IMG/VR virus record: IMGVR_UViG_3300038441_001651
Coordinates: 5,934 to 69,933 of that record
From: a virus
Reading direction: 5' to 3' (one strand)
Length of the DNA stretch: 64,000 nucleotides
The first letter of the stretch is position 1; each line of letters opens with the position of its first letter. The notes under the pieces are model-generated. The model did not search any database and was not told the DNA's origin. It worked only from the letters and a program-made list of their open reading frames with translations. Of the stretch, positions 37,384-46,115 are shown piece by piece. The translations under genes and the position numbers were made by a program.

Positions 37384-38313
37384 GTGAAAGCTACCCTTAT
37401 GCTCACCGACGACATGCAAAAGGCAAACGAGTACCGCTTTGCCCGCCATCATGTCGATAAGTACATGCGTGATTACGTCTTGAATGACGTTGAAGTTATC
37501 CCGCTGCTGGATAAGGGTGTTGAGATACTCACTGAGTGGGTAAATACCGAATTCAGCTACGAAAGCAAGAACATCCGCGTATCCGCCCTTAAAGGCATGG
37601 ATCTGCGTGAACTGGTCACCGAAGTAGTGGTGGCCTCGGCCTATTGCCAGCATGAAGAGCTGTTCACCAGCTTCACTGCACGCATGGCCGGTATACTGGG
37701 CTGGGACGACAAGAAGTCGAGCATCACCACAGTGGCTGAGATCACTGCGGTGCTGTGCGATACTGACCTGTTCGACCTGACCCAAGCAAACCGCTTCAGC
37801 TCTTGGAACATTCTCAGCAACATCACCTTGTCGCTGGAACTGCAGGAATACATAGCAAACTGTGCCTACCTGCCCCCACTGGTGCATAAACCAAGTAAGC
37901 TGAGGCACAACCGCGATACTCCGTATCTGACCATCGGGCAAGACTCGGTGATCCTCAACAAGGGTCACCACAACGACGACGTGTGTCTTGATGTGCTGGA
38001 TTCCAAGAATGCTGTGGCTTTGTCGCTGGATTTGGAATTCCTCAGCACTGTCGAGGAAGAGCCCAACAGCGAGCTGGATTCCCCAGAGAAACAGAACATG
38101 TGGTTGCGTATGAAGAAGCAATCGCATGAGTTCTACCTGCTGATGGCGAAGCAAGGCAACAAGTTCTACCTGCACCACAAATATGACAAGCGTGGACGTA
38201 TCTACGCTCAGGGCTACCACATTTCTACCCAAGGGGCTCCCTACAAGAAGGCGATGATTGAATTCGCCAATAAGGAAGCTGTAACTGATATCCCGCAGGA
38301 GTTCCAACTATGA
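37384..38313 (+). CDS. RNA polymerase II subunit 1 (N4 gp15-like RNAP1)
   Basis: SD AAGGAG, GTG start; LPPLVHKP, FYLHHKYDKRGRIYAQGYHISTQG motifs of the N-terminal half of T7-like RNAP. Confidence 0.93.
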   Translation: MKATLMLTDDMQKANEYRFARHHVDKYMRDYVLNDVEVIPLLDKGVEILTEWVNTEFSYESKNIRVSALKGMDLRELVTEVVVASAYCQHEELFTSFTARMAGILGWDDKKSSITTVAEITAVLCDTDLFDLTQANRFSSWNILSNITLSLELQEYIANCAYLPPLVHKPSKLRHNRDTPYLTIGQDSVILNKGHHNDDVCLDVLDSKNAVALSLDLEFLSTVEEEPNSELDSPEKQNMWLRMKKQSHEFYLLMAKQGNKFYLHHKYDKRGRIYAQGYHISTQGAPYKKAMIEFANKEAVTDIPQEFQL

Positions 38314-38498
38314 AACGCTTCATGCTGTTTGGTCGCGATTGTTATTATCCGGCAGGTGGGTGGCAGGACTTCGAAGGAGACTTTGATACTGTCGAAGATG
38401 CTCGCGCGCATATCCTTGCTCAAGAGTATCGTCGTGATGCTTATGATTTGATCGACGTGGACACTAAAGAAGATCACTGGAAGGAGCTTAACCTTTGA
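38310..38498 (+). CDS. small conserved-type phage protein
   Basis: FMLFGRDCYYPAGGWQDFEGDFDTVEDA pattern recalled from many phages. Confidence 0.7.
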   Translation: MKRFMLFGRDCYYPAGGWQDFEGDFDTVEDARAHILAQEYRRDAYDLIDVDTKEDHWKELNL

Positions 38499-38713
38499 AA
38501 GAAGCGTGGTTTGAAATTAAACGGGCTGCCAAGGCCTTTATCATAATGTGCAAGGCATTCGAGAATGCTTTTGTACACACCCTTGAACAACCGGAGAAAA
38601 AGAAATGAAAGAGATGAAACCAAAGCCTAAACCTGTGAAACAAGAACCTAAGGCTGTCCGCCGTGTTGGCGCAATGCGCTTCACCAAGTGTGGCACCTTC
38701 CGAGGTTTCAATT

Positions 38714-39007
38714 ATGGCTAGATTGTTCATTAGGTACGAGCCAGTGGAATGTCATGTAGCTATTGGGCTTGGGCTTAACAGCTTCAAAGTGGATGCTCGC
38801 CATTTAACCGATAGAGGGTTGGATATTTGCAGGTACTCTATCGACCCCTGTTACGTGTGCTTTGTGCATGAAGGTAAATGCTACGCAGGGCGTACATTTA
38901 ACACATTCACCGCATTTGGTGAAAAAATTGTTAGTGTCTCATGCGTGCCATTCAACGATTATTCACCTGGCCAGAAAATGATTCTGGCTGACATGATACT
39001 GGGGTAA
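38714..39007 (+). CDS. early paralog family member 17 (weak motif)
   Basis: Starts ATGGCTAGATTGT like member 18; ends SPGQKMILADMILG. Confidence 0.6.
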   Translation: MARLFIRYEPVECHVAIGLGLNSFKVDARHLTDRGLDICRYSIDPCYVCFVHEGKCYAGRTFNTFTAFGEKIVSVSCVPFNDYSPGQKMILADMILG

Positions 39008-39009
39008 CT

Positions 39010-39312
39010 ATGGCTAGATTGTATGTTGCAGGCGAGCTTGTGGATGCAAACTGGCCTGAGCCTAAACGGACAAGTACAGGGAACCACGTTTACACCCGTT
39101 CGAAGCCGTGTTGGGACGAAAAGCACGATAATGATATCCGTGTGCTTGTTTTTACCCGGTCTGGTGATTATGCCGTGTTTATCCCTAATGTTTACTGGGG
39201 CACTGCCCTAGGAAGGGACAAAGTGGAAGTATCATGGCACAGAGTGCATCATTCTAACCGTGAGCAATATATTCCAGACGTTTTCCGTCTGGAGCGCATG
39301 ATTCTCAATTAA
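39010..39312 (+). CDS. early paralog family member 18
   Basis: MARLYVAGELV...IPDVFRLERMILN. Confidence 0.75.
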   Translation: MARLYVAGELVDANWPEPKRTSTGNHVYTRSKPCWDEKHDNDIRVLVFTRSGDYAVFIPNVYWGTALGRDKVEVSWHRVHHSNREQYIPDVFRLERMILN

Positions 39313-39334
39313 GTTCAATAAAGGTGAGTAAACC

Positions 39335-40588
39335 ATGAAATTCTATACCCCGTTCCAGTGGCTGTGTGTTGATATCGCAAACCAAGGCTATGATGACAAG
39401 AAACTGTTCGAAGAACGTGTTGAGTGGGTGAAGGAGAACTTCGCCCGCTTGCCGTACCTGAACACCAGCAAGAAAGAACGTCCGCTGTACCTGAAGGCTG
39501 TCAATGCCCTGTACCGTGCTTGCCGCGGTCAACAGATCGGTCACATGGTTGGCTTGGATGCAACGTGCTCGGGCATGTCCATCATGTCCGTGGTCACCAA
39601 GTGCTTCAAGGGCTGCCTGGCCACCAACCTGATCGACCCTGACAAGCGCAATGACGCCTACACCATGGTCACGGACGCTGCCAGCAGAATGCTGGAAGGC
39701 GACCTGATCATTGACCGTAATGACGCTAAGCAGGCCACCATGACCACGCTGTACGGCTCGCAGAAGACTCCCCGGGAGATCTTCGGTACCGATACCGAGG
39801 AACTGGACGCCTTCTATGCTGGCTTGGTCGAGGTTGCCCCGCTGGCGGTAGAGTTGCTGGGTGACCTGCGTAACGCCTGGCAACCCTATGCGCTGGAACA
39901 CCGCTGGGTGTGCCCAGACAACTTCAACGTCCGTATCAAGGTGATGCAGAAGGTTGAGGGTGAGCGTGTCGAGGTTGACGAGCTGGACGGTGCCACGTTC
40001 ACCTATGACTATTACATCAATGAGGGTTCCAAGTCTGACCTGAAGCTGGTGGCCAACGTTACCCATTCGCTGGACGCCTACCTGCTCCGCTCCATGGAGC
40101 GTCGCTGTAACTACAACAAATCAGCTGTGACCAAGGCCCTGTGCCTGTTGCTGGATGAATACAAGCACCGTAAATCTGGCTTCCACGTTGAGTGGCACCT
40201 CGGCGAAGCAGTCAATCTTGCGCAACAACTCATTGCTGTTTGGGGGGGTTGCGAGATGCCAGATGCACGGCTGTTTGACGTGTTGAATGAACGCGATGTG
40301 CGCTTCATGGACGATAGGCATATCGCGCAGATGATTGCCTTGGCTGATCAACTGCTGGAACGCGAACCGTTCGAGATCGTCACCGTTCACGATGAGTTCA
40401 AGTGCCACCCGAACAACTGCAACTGGATGCGCCTTACCTATGCACAGATCATGGCCGATTTGGCCCGTGCTCGCGTGCTGGAGGACATCTACGAGCAGAT
40501 TACCGGTATGACCCCAACCTATGAGAAGAGCATGGACGGCGATGAGCTGGCTGCGCTGATTCTGGAGAGTAATTATGCGCTGTCGTAA
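39335..40588 (+). CDS. RNA polymerase II subunit 2 (N4 gp16-like RNAP2)
   Basis: T7-like catalytic motifs GLDATCSG, RNDAKQATMTTLYGS, ANVTHSLDA, TVHDEF. Confidence 0.95.
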   Translation: MKFYTPFQWLCVDIANQGYDDKKLFEERVEWVKENFARLPYLNTSKKERPLYLKAVNALYRACRGQQIGHMVGLDATCSGMSIMSVVTKCFKGCLATNLIDPDKRNDAYTMVTDAASRMLEGDLIIDRNDAKQATMTTLYGSQKTPREIFGTDTEELDAFYAGLVEVAPLAVELLGDLRNAWQPYALEHRWVCPDNFNVRIKVMQKVEGERVEVDELDGATFTYDYYINEGSKSDLKLVANVTHSLDAYLLRSMERRCNYNKSAVTKALCLLLDEYKHRKSGFHVEWHLGEAVNLAQQLIAVWGGCEMPDARLFDVLNERDVRFMDDRHIAQMIALADQLLEREPFEIVTVHDEFKCHPNNCNWMRLTYAQIMADLARARVLEDIYEQITGMTPTYEKSMDGDELAALILESNYALS

Positions 40589-40707
40589 ACCATGGACCTT
40601 TGGCGACACGATTTCAGTAATTACCATAAATTGTGTCTTGTTCATCCCACCAGCATTAGCGCTTGTTGAGTACTTGTGCAGGTGATGCATAAAAATTCAG
40701 TAGAGTG

Positions 40708-40724
40708 AGTGCACTCCGTGCACT
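40708..40724 (+). promoter_or_regulatory. TCC-loop DNA hairpin element 1 (vRNAP promoter-like)
   Basis: AGTGCAC-TCC-GTGCACT; template strand C-GGA-G triloop as in N4 promoters. Confidence 0.55.
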
Positions 40725-40732
40725 TTGATGAG

Positions 40733-40766
40733 CCTTCCCCCGAAAGGGGGAGGGTATTATTTTTTT
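40733..40766 (+). terminator. intrinsic terminator
   Basis: CCTTCCCCC-GAAA-GGGGGAGGG then TATTATTTTTTT. Confidence 0.75.
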
Positions 40767-40808
40767 CTTTAGGGGACGCCCCAGGAGAGGGGCTGAGGTG
40801 AGTAAACC

Positions 40809-41012
40809 ATGAATGAAGAGCAAACCAACAAGGTGACTGTCTGGGCAGTTACCGCGCCCGGGTTCACCATAGGCAGTCTGGCTGAACAGGTCAAACGCTC
40901 GCGGGCTGAGGTGGATTGTTTCACTGAAACTGCACGTCAGTTGCTTCGCGAGTGGAAAGCCCGCGGCAAAGTGAAATTCAACCGCGGCCAGTGGAAATGG
41001 GTGATTAATTAG
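40809..41012 (+). CDS. hypothetical protein (possible winged HTH)
   Basis: SD GAGGT; ends KARGKVKFNRGQWKWVIN. Confidence 0.65.
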   Translation: MNEEQTNKVTVWAVTAPGFTIGSLAEQVKRSRAEVDCFTETARQLLREWKARGKVKFNRGQWKWVIN

Positions 41013-41368
41013 TGAGCAAGATCATAGCAGAGTACGAACGTGTCACCGGCGAGTCTTTTGAGGCTGCTTGTAAACGACTCGCGCGGGAAAACTGCTGTGG
41101 TTACATGGCAGCCGAGCTAATCGGCTTCACCAGCAAACAAGGCCTTGATTACGCGATGAAGAAGCGCGGTATCGAGGTGATATTCAGGAGTGTCAAACTT
41201 CCTGGTAAATCTGACAGAGCCGGAAGGTATTTGCGAGCAAAGCTCCGCAAAGAGGGGAAATTGCCACCAATTTCCAAATCTCCGGCTAAATCGTCAAAAA
41301 CACAGTCAGAGCATTACTGGCGTAAATTAAACCAAGGAATTGAGGGTAACAATGCGGAAAGTAAGTGA
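41012..41368 (+). CDS. basic hypothetical protein (possible HTH)
   Basis: TAGTG overlap; YMAAELIGFTSKQGLDYAMKKRG. Confidence 0.6.
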   Translation: MSKIIAEYERVTGESFEAACKRLARENCCGYMAAELIGFTSKQGLDYAMKKRGIEVIFRSVKLPGKSDRAGRYLRAKLRKEGKLPPISKSPAKSSKTQSEHYWRKLNQGIEGNNAESK

Positions 41369-41633
41369 AGCTCGACGGTTTACCACCGATGAGCCAGAAG
41401 TGAAACGCACCGCCTACGTTGTTGAAGAACAGGACGTAGGTAAGACCCAGAAGAACTACCTGGGTCAAGAACCCTACACCTTCCAGCCAGACGACGTTGG
41501 CCGGGCGCTGGAAGTGGTACAAAACAAGTCCCCAGGCTCCATGTCCTGGCGATTCGGCTCGATGTTCAATGACATCACAGCCGAGTACCCTGAAACCAAA
41601 CCTTACCTTGGCGCCCCTAGCGCAGGGGAGTAG
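41352..41633 (+). CDS. hypothetical protein
   Basis: SD GAGG; phage-typical codon usage. Confidence 0.65.
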   Translation: MRKVSEARRFTTDEPEVKRTAYVVEEQDVGKTQKNYLGQEPYTFQPDDVGRALEVVQNKSPGSMSWRFGSMFNDITAEYPETKPYLGAPSAGE

Positions 41634-41635
41634 CT

Positions 41636-41812
41636 ATGCTGAAAATGTTCCAAGTTACCTGGTTTGACGCAGGTAACTGTGAAATTGCCGCTGTCCGCCT
41701 GGAAGCGACCTCTATCCCGGGCGCGTATGCCCCGGCTTACCACGGGCTCAACCGCAAGCAGTTTGCGGAGGTCCAAAGCGAAGCTGTCCGCATGACAGTC
41801 GAGGAAGTGTAA
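41636..41812 (+). CDS. 58-aa hypothetical protein
   Basis: SD GGGGAG; MLKMFQVTWF...VEEV, stop overlaps next start; below ORF-track cutoff. Confidence 0.55.
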   Translation: MLKMFQVTWFDAGNCEIAAVRLEATSIPGAYAPAYHGLNRKQFAEVQSEAVRMTVEEV

Positions 41813-42135
41813 TGAGCAAGAACAATCAGCGTAATCTAAGCGAAATCAACCTGGGCAACCAGACCTATGACCGTGGTTTCGCCGACGGCTTTGCCGGCCG
41901 GCCAAAGTCGATCAAGAAGTCCCACCGCCACGCGCATCGTTACCATACCGGCTACCGACATGGGGCCGAAGGCTTTGGAAAATCCAACAAAGAATGGCCA
42001 CCCTCGCCGGGTATCACCAATGGTAATCTGCCTGGGGTGATTACCCTTATCCAAGGTGAAGGTGCCAAGGCTTTGGCCGATGGCAACAAAATCCTCAAAT
42101 GGCACCAGCGTCTGCTGGCCTGGTTCCGCAGCTAG
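41812..42135 (+). CDS. hypothetical protein
   Basis: YDRGFADG..YHTGYRHG repeat pattern. Confidence 0.65.
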   Translation: MSKNNQRNLSEINLGNQTYDRGFADGFAGRPKSIKKSHRHAHRYHTGYRHGAEGFGKSNKEWPPSPGITNGNLPGVITLIQGEGAKALADGNKILKWHQRLLAWFRS

Positions 42136-42144
42136 GAGAAAACC

Positions 42145-42516
42145 ATGGACATCAACAAGCCGGTGGCACTACCTGCACGAAAGAAATGGGTAACCCCTTT
42201 GGGGAGCGCCACGATCGATATCGAGGCTGACGGCTGGAACGCCTGCCTCGACGAAATCGCCAAGCTGGGGCCGCTGTATCCCTGCGCCGATCCTGGCGAG
42301 GTTGATCGGCTGCAAGCGGCGCTGCGCACCGAAGTCGAGGCCGGTGACAGCTGGAAGCGTGAAGCGGAAACCCTGCGAGCCCAGCTGGCCGAAGCGCATA
42401 CGCTGCTGAGTGAGGTGATGGAACCCGCGTGTAAACTACAGCCTATCAGTCATTCACTTATCGATAAGATTGACGCCGCCCTATCCGCCAGCGCAGAGCC
42501 AAAACCAGGAGAATAA
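42145..42516 (+). CDS. hypothetical phage protein (GWNACLDEI motif)
   Basis: SD AGGAG; ADGWNACLDEIAKL..EVDRLQA pattern common in Pseudomonas phages and prophages. Confidence 0.7.
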   Translation: MDINKPVALPARKKWVTPLGSATIDIEADGWNACLDEIAKLGPLYPCADPGEVDRLQAALRTEVEAGDSWKREAETLRAQLAEAHTLLSEVMEPACKLQPISHSLIDKIDAALSASAEPKPGE

Positions 42517-42532
42517 CTGCACTCCGTGCAGT
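42516..42532 (+). promoter_or_regulatory. TCC-loop DNA hairpin element 2
   Basis: ACTGCAC-TCC-GTGCAGT, sharing a 13-nt core TGCACTCCGTGCA with element 1. Confidence 0.55.
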
Positions 42533-42581
42533 GTTGTGACCGCTCCGGGGAAACCCGGGGCATTAACCTTGGAGAACGACC

Positions 42582-42809
42582 ATGAAGTGTGAAGTCTGCG
42601 GCGAGGAGCACTTCACCTCACTCATTGACCCTCGCTACACCCATGTTTGTCATCAGTGTGTTGAAGACGGTATGGCTGGTATCGCTGAAGGTGATGAAGT
42701 GTTTCGTGTGATACTTTCCTGTCGATGTGGTAACTCTGGGCCTGTGAATTACGATGACGGGCTATGTATCGGCTATTACTGTGGGAGCAGTCAATTTTGC
42801 ATACCGTGA
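42582..42809 (+). CDS. Cys-rich zinc-finger-like protein
   Basis: SD GGAG; CxxC, CxxC, CxC, CxxxxxC. Confidence 0.7.
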   Translation: MKCEVCGEEHFTSLIDPRYTHVCHQCVEDGMAGIAEGDEVFRVILSCRCGNSGPVNYDDGLCIGYYCGSSQFCIP

Positions 42810-43165
42810 CCGACAGTATGCTCGAAACCTTACAAGATAAGTGTCGTTTACCCTGGACCAGGTGCCAGATGGTCAAGATGGTCAGTCTTTACCTGGAAGA
42901 GGGTAAAAGCTGCAGGGAGATTGCCAAGTTGTATGGGATCTCCTACAACACCTGCCGTAGGATGCTTTCCATCCTGGGCGTCGAATTCCGTACCTCTGGT
43001 ACATTCCAACGAAAATTTACCGACGAAGACGAGAAGTTCTTCCTTCGTTGTAACCGTCGCGGACTTTCCGTGACCGATTTAGCGACAGTCAAACAAGTGA
43101 CCGTCGAAACCATGAACAAAAGTCTGCGCCGTGCGCGCATCAAGGAATATAAATGTCCAACCTGA
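42806..43165 (+). CDS. tandem helix-turn-helix protein
   Basis: GKSCREIAKLYGISYNTCRRML and GLSVTDLATVKQVTVETMNKSL. Confidence 0.7.
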   Translation: MTDSMLETLQDKCRLPWTRCQMVKMVSLYLEEGKSCREIAKLYGISYNTCRRMLSILGVEFRTSGTFQRKFTDEDEKFFLRCNRRGLSVTDLATVKQVTVETMNKSLRRARIKEYKCPT

Positions 43166-43515
43166 AAAACCTCCCGATCAGCTTGAAAATTGCTGACGAA
43201 TTCCTGGCCAGTTTCGAAAAAGACCCGGCTGTAATGGCTGCTGCGGCCCGCGCACTCATGGATGAGGTCAAACGTGCTCGCCAGGTGCTCACCGACGGCT
43301 ACAACCGCAAAGAGCTGACCGTGTGTAACGGCAAGCTGGGTTATGTCGACCCGAAGGATGCTGCGCGCTTCCTATCGGATGAAATCCCGCGCCTCACCAT
43401 CTACCGTAAGAAGAAGTCGGCGCATAACATGGCTCTCTTCTACCCGAAACCCCCCCGTTTCTACCTGGAGAACCAGGCCAAGGCGAAACCAGCCCGTAAA
43501 GGGGTGAAGCGTTAA
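43153..43515 (+). CDS. hypothetical protein
   Basis: SD AAGGA; 120 aa. Confidence 0.7.
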   Translation: MSNLKNLPISLKIADEFLASFEKDPAVMAAAARALMDEVKRARQVLTDGYNRKELTVCNGKLGYVDPKDAARFLSDEIPRLTIYRKKKSAHNMALFYPKPPRFYLENQAKAKPARKGVKR

Positions 43516-43703
43516 TGGCTCGCCCGTCGTACATCCGCCACGTCAAGATCCGTTCCGAACAACTGCGGGCCATGCTGCATGAAGCCTGGAAACTGGGCAA
43601 CGAGTCGTATGAGATTCACGAACAGCCTGCCGGTGAAGTTGAACGCCGTGGGCACGTCCTGGACATCATGTTGAAGGCCGGCCTGGCCGAAATGAAGGAG
43701 TAA
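43515..43703 (+). CDS. hypothetical protein
   Basis: TAATG overlap; 62 aa. Confidence 0.65.
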   Translation: MARPSYIRHVKIRSEQLRAMLHEAWKLGNESYEIHEQPAGEVERRGHVLDIMLKAGLAEMKE

Positions 43704-43706
43704 ACC

Positions 43707-44030
43707 ATGTGGGTAATCCGTGACAGTGACGGCGCAGAAACCCTGCATGCCATCTACCCAGAATGGGCCAAAGACTTGGAACACCTAACGGTCACCGAAT
43801 TGGTACCGAAAGCGTTGTACTCGGCCGTGGCCGAAGAGCTGGCAGAGGTTAAGAAAGAGTTGACCACAGCACAGGCCTTGGCCAGGCAGCACATGCGAGC
43901 AATGCGTCAGCGTGGTGAGCGTATGCGGGAAATCGAAGCCTGCAACAACAAGTACTACGGCTTGCTGCAGCAATACAACCTCATCGGGAAACCGCTCGAT
44001 GATTCACCCATCATCAGAGAAAAAGTCTGA
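43707..44030 (+). CDS. coiled-coil hypothetical protein
   Basis: SD AAGGAG. Confidence 0.7.
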   Translation: MWVIRDSDGAETLHAIYPEWAKDLEHLTVTELVPKALYSAVAEELAEVKKELTTAQALARQHMRAMRQRGERMREIEACNNKYYGLLQQYNLIGKPLDDSPIIREKV

Positions 44031-44042
44031 TAAGGACCAGAT

Positions 44043-44255
44043 ATGCATCAGGTTATCCAACCGGTGCACAATCCTGTCTTCCCTGTGTACGACGACCTCC
44101 ATGACGTGATCATGGAGGCCTCGTATGCCTTGGATGACGGTTTGCTCACCACCAACCATTTACGCCAGCTGTTCGGCAGCTACCACAACACCCTTATTGC
44201 CAAGATGACTGCGGCTGATCAAGGGAAGCCTCAACCACCCGTGCCATCTGGTTGA
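44043..44255 (+). CDS. small N4-like conserved-type protein
   Basis: SD AAGGA; PVFPVYDDL...YHNTLI pattern recalled from N4-like phages. Confidence 0.65.
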   Translation: MHQVIQPVHNPVFPVYDDLHDVIMEASYALDDGLLTTNHLRQLFGSYHNTLIAKMTAADQGKPQPPVPSG

Positions 44256-45114
44256 TACGCTCTTCCAAGCGTGCAATATCTTGCATGTGCTCGGAGCGCA
44301 ACATCTCAAACTCCGAATTAACTGCTTGCCGAAGATCATTGAGCTGACGGTCTACTGATGCTTCAAGTGCTTGCACCTGCTCATCGGTGTAACCCTTGGC
44401 CCCTGTAACCTCACCCCGGATCTGCTGGGAAAGCTCGGCATACTTCTGATCCGTGTAACTCCACAACTGATCCACTTGAGTCGTCTGGCTTTCAAACTTC
44501 GCATCCACTTTGTCCGCGTTCGTTTGCACCACCTTACCCAACTCATCGGTATGCGCCTTAGCGCGCTGTTCCGAAGCGTCAATCTGCGGTTGCCAGTTCT
44601 CAGGCGCCAAGCTGTTCAATGCAGCGTAGAGCTGCTCGATATGGTGCTGCATTTCAGCATTCGCTTGGTTTATGCGAACAACCTCAGCATCGGTATACCC
44701 TTTGGCCTCCAGCAGGCCCTGCTTGTCGCCATTGTCCACATAGACAGTCCAGCCTTCAGGCAACCCAGGACTTACACCAGAAGATCCCATACCGTACATA
44801 GGGAAAACGTCAATATCTCCTTTCACCATGGCTTGAGTAGGCAATTCGCCGGTGAGCATCGAACCATAGACGCTCCAGCCACGCTGAAGCATTTGGTCGA
44901 TTTGATGCACCATGGTGTCTTCACCCGTCTTGCTCACCAGGCGATACTGAGGCGCTGACGCCACCTTGCCTGTACGGATCATCAACTGGGCCGGCGTGCC
45001 GGAAACCAAGGTAGGTGATCCCACGAGCGCAAAACCGAGCTTGGCTGCGTTCTCAACCAGCTCATGCATAGGCACTTGGCCAATTTTCTGAATGACGCGG
45101 ATGTTTTCGTTCAT
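44194..45114 (-). CDS. tandem DUF1737-like domains plus coiled coil with AKxYTD repeats
   Basis: SD GGGGGA; two repeats (…LGFALVGSPTL…QLMIR and YRLVSK…QMLQRGWSVYGS…QAMVKG); AKGYTD, AKAHTD, WSYTD, AKGYTD. Confidence 0.7.
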   Translation of the reverse strand: MNENIRVIQKIGQVPMHELVENAAKLGFALVGSPTLVSGTPAQLMIRTGKVASAPQYRLVSKTGEDTMVHQIDQMLQRGWSVYGSMLTGELPTQAMVKGDIDVFPMYGMGSSGVSPGLPEGWTVYVDNGDKQGLLEAKGYTDAEVVRINQANAEMQHHIEQLYAALNSLAPENWQPQIDASEQRAKAHTDELGKVVQTNADKVDAKFESQTTQVDQLWSYTDQKYAELSQQIRGEVTGAKGYTDEQVQALEASVDRQLNDLRQAVNSEFEMLRSEHMQDIARLEERINQMARVVEASLDQPQSSWQ

Positions 45115-45131
45115 GTTATTCCCCCGGGTAA

Positions 45132-45159
45132 AAGAAAACCGCCAAAAGGCGGTTTTCTT
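45132..45159 (-). terminator. terminator/attenuator inside the inverted cassette
   Basis: AAGAAAACCGCC-TTTT-GGCGGTTTTCTT(TT) on the minus strand between the two minus genes. Confidence 0.7.
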
Positions 45160-45195
45160 CGGCACGTCAGTTTGGGTTGAACCCACCTCCCCCAT

Positions 45196-45714
45196 TTACG
45201 GGGCAGTAGCACCCTTTCCCACAATCACTTGGTTCAGAAGAACCTGAGTAGTAGCATGCTGAGCGTTGTTGTGTGCTTCGCTGAGCTGGATGCGCAGCTC
45301 AGTGGCACGAGAACGTTCGGCATCCAGCGCCTGTTGCAGAGCCAGCTCGCGGCCCTTCGACGCTTGGTCTTGGATGTTGAAGTTGGTCGCGGCGAAGCCT
45401 TGCGAGATGGTGCCACTCAGACCACACAGGGCCAGAGCGTTGGCCGAAGCAGCGTCGGTCACGGCGTCTTTGACGGTACCGAAGCCAATGGCGTTGCCAG
45501 CACCCAGGCCAGCGATCATGCCCTGAGTTTGCTCGCGCTGGAAACCAGCGGCCAGCTGATTCAGGCTGTTGTTCATCTGGTCAGGGGTAACAGCACCGGA
45601 TTGACCGTTGTTACCGCGGCCGCCACCGAAGATACCGTTTTCGCCCAGCAGGAGGCCAGCAACACCGGCAGCCAGAGGACCCCAGGCGGAAGTTTCAGTT
45701 TTGGTGTCAGACAT
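45196..45714 (-). CDS. Gly/Ala/Gln-rich protein with N-terminal hydrophobic glycine-zipper segment
   Basis: Likely start MSDTKTETSAW (SD AAGGA); WGPLAAGVAGLLLGENGIFGGGRG; LCGLSGTISQGF; frame is open to 45873. Confidence 0.75.
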   Translation of the reverse strand: MSDTKTETSAWGPLAAGVAGLLLGENGIFGGGRGNNGQSGAVTPDQMNNSLNQLAAGFQREQTQGMIAGLGAGNAIGFGTVKDAVTDAASANALALCGLSGTISQGFAATNFNIQDQASKGRELALQQALDAERSRATELRIQLSEAHNNAQHATTQVLLNQVIVGKGATAP

Positions 45715-45932
45715 GTCTACATCCTTCTCTTTGGTTTGGGACTGCATTGTTTCGGCAGGTGCCTCAACCGAAGTTGCGCTTGCTGCCTGACTTTGCAGGT
45801 GATTAGCCCGGCGTTCCCGGGCTCGTTGCTCTAAAGCGGCGAGATCCACGATCACCCCTTGCCAATTGTGCAAGACAGGATTGTCTCGCTGCGGCTATCA
45901 TATGGCCTCCATGTCTTACGGAAAAACCAACT

Positions 45933-46115
45933 ATGGCCAAGAAAGCGGGGCGACCCCTGTTATATGAGTTCGAAGACAACCCAATGAAGGTGTTTTCGGT
46001 GCGATTGAACGTAGTACAAGAGCGTGACGCACTGAAGCTCGGCGGAGGCAGTCTAAGCGATGGCATCCGTAAAGCATTGGAATTCGCAATTCAAAATAAG
46101 GGGAAAATTGCATGA
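45933..46115 (+). CDS. ribbon-helix-helix (Arc/CopG-like) DNA-binding protein
   Basis: GRP motif, MKVFSVRL beta strand, GSLSDGIRKALE helix. Confidence 0.7.
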   Translation: MAKKAGRPLLYEFEDNPMKVFSVRLNVVQERDALKLGGGSLSDGIRKALEFAIQNKGKIA

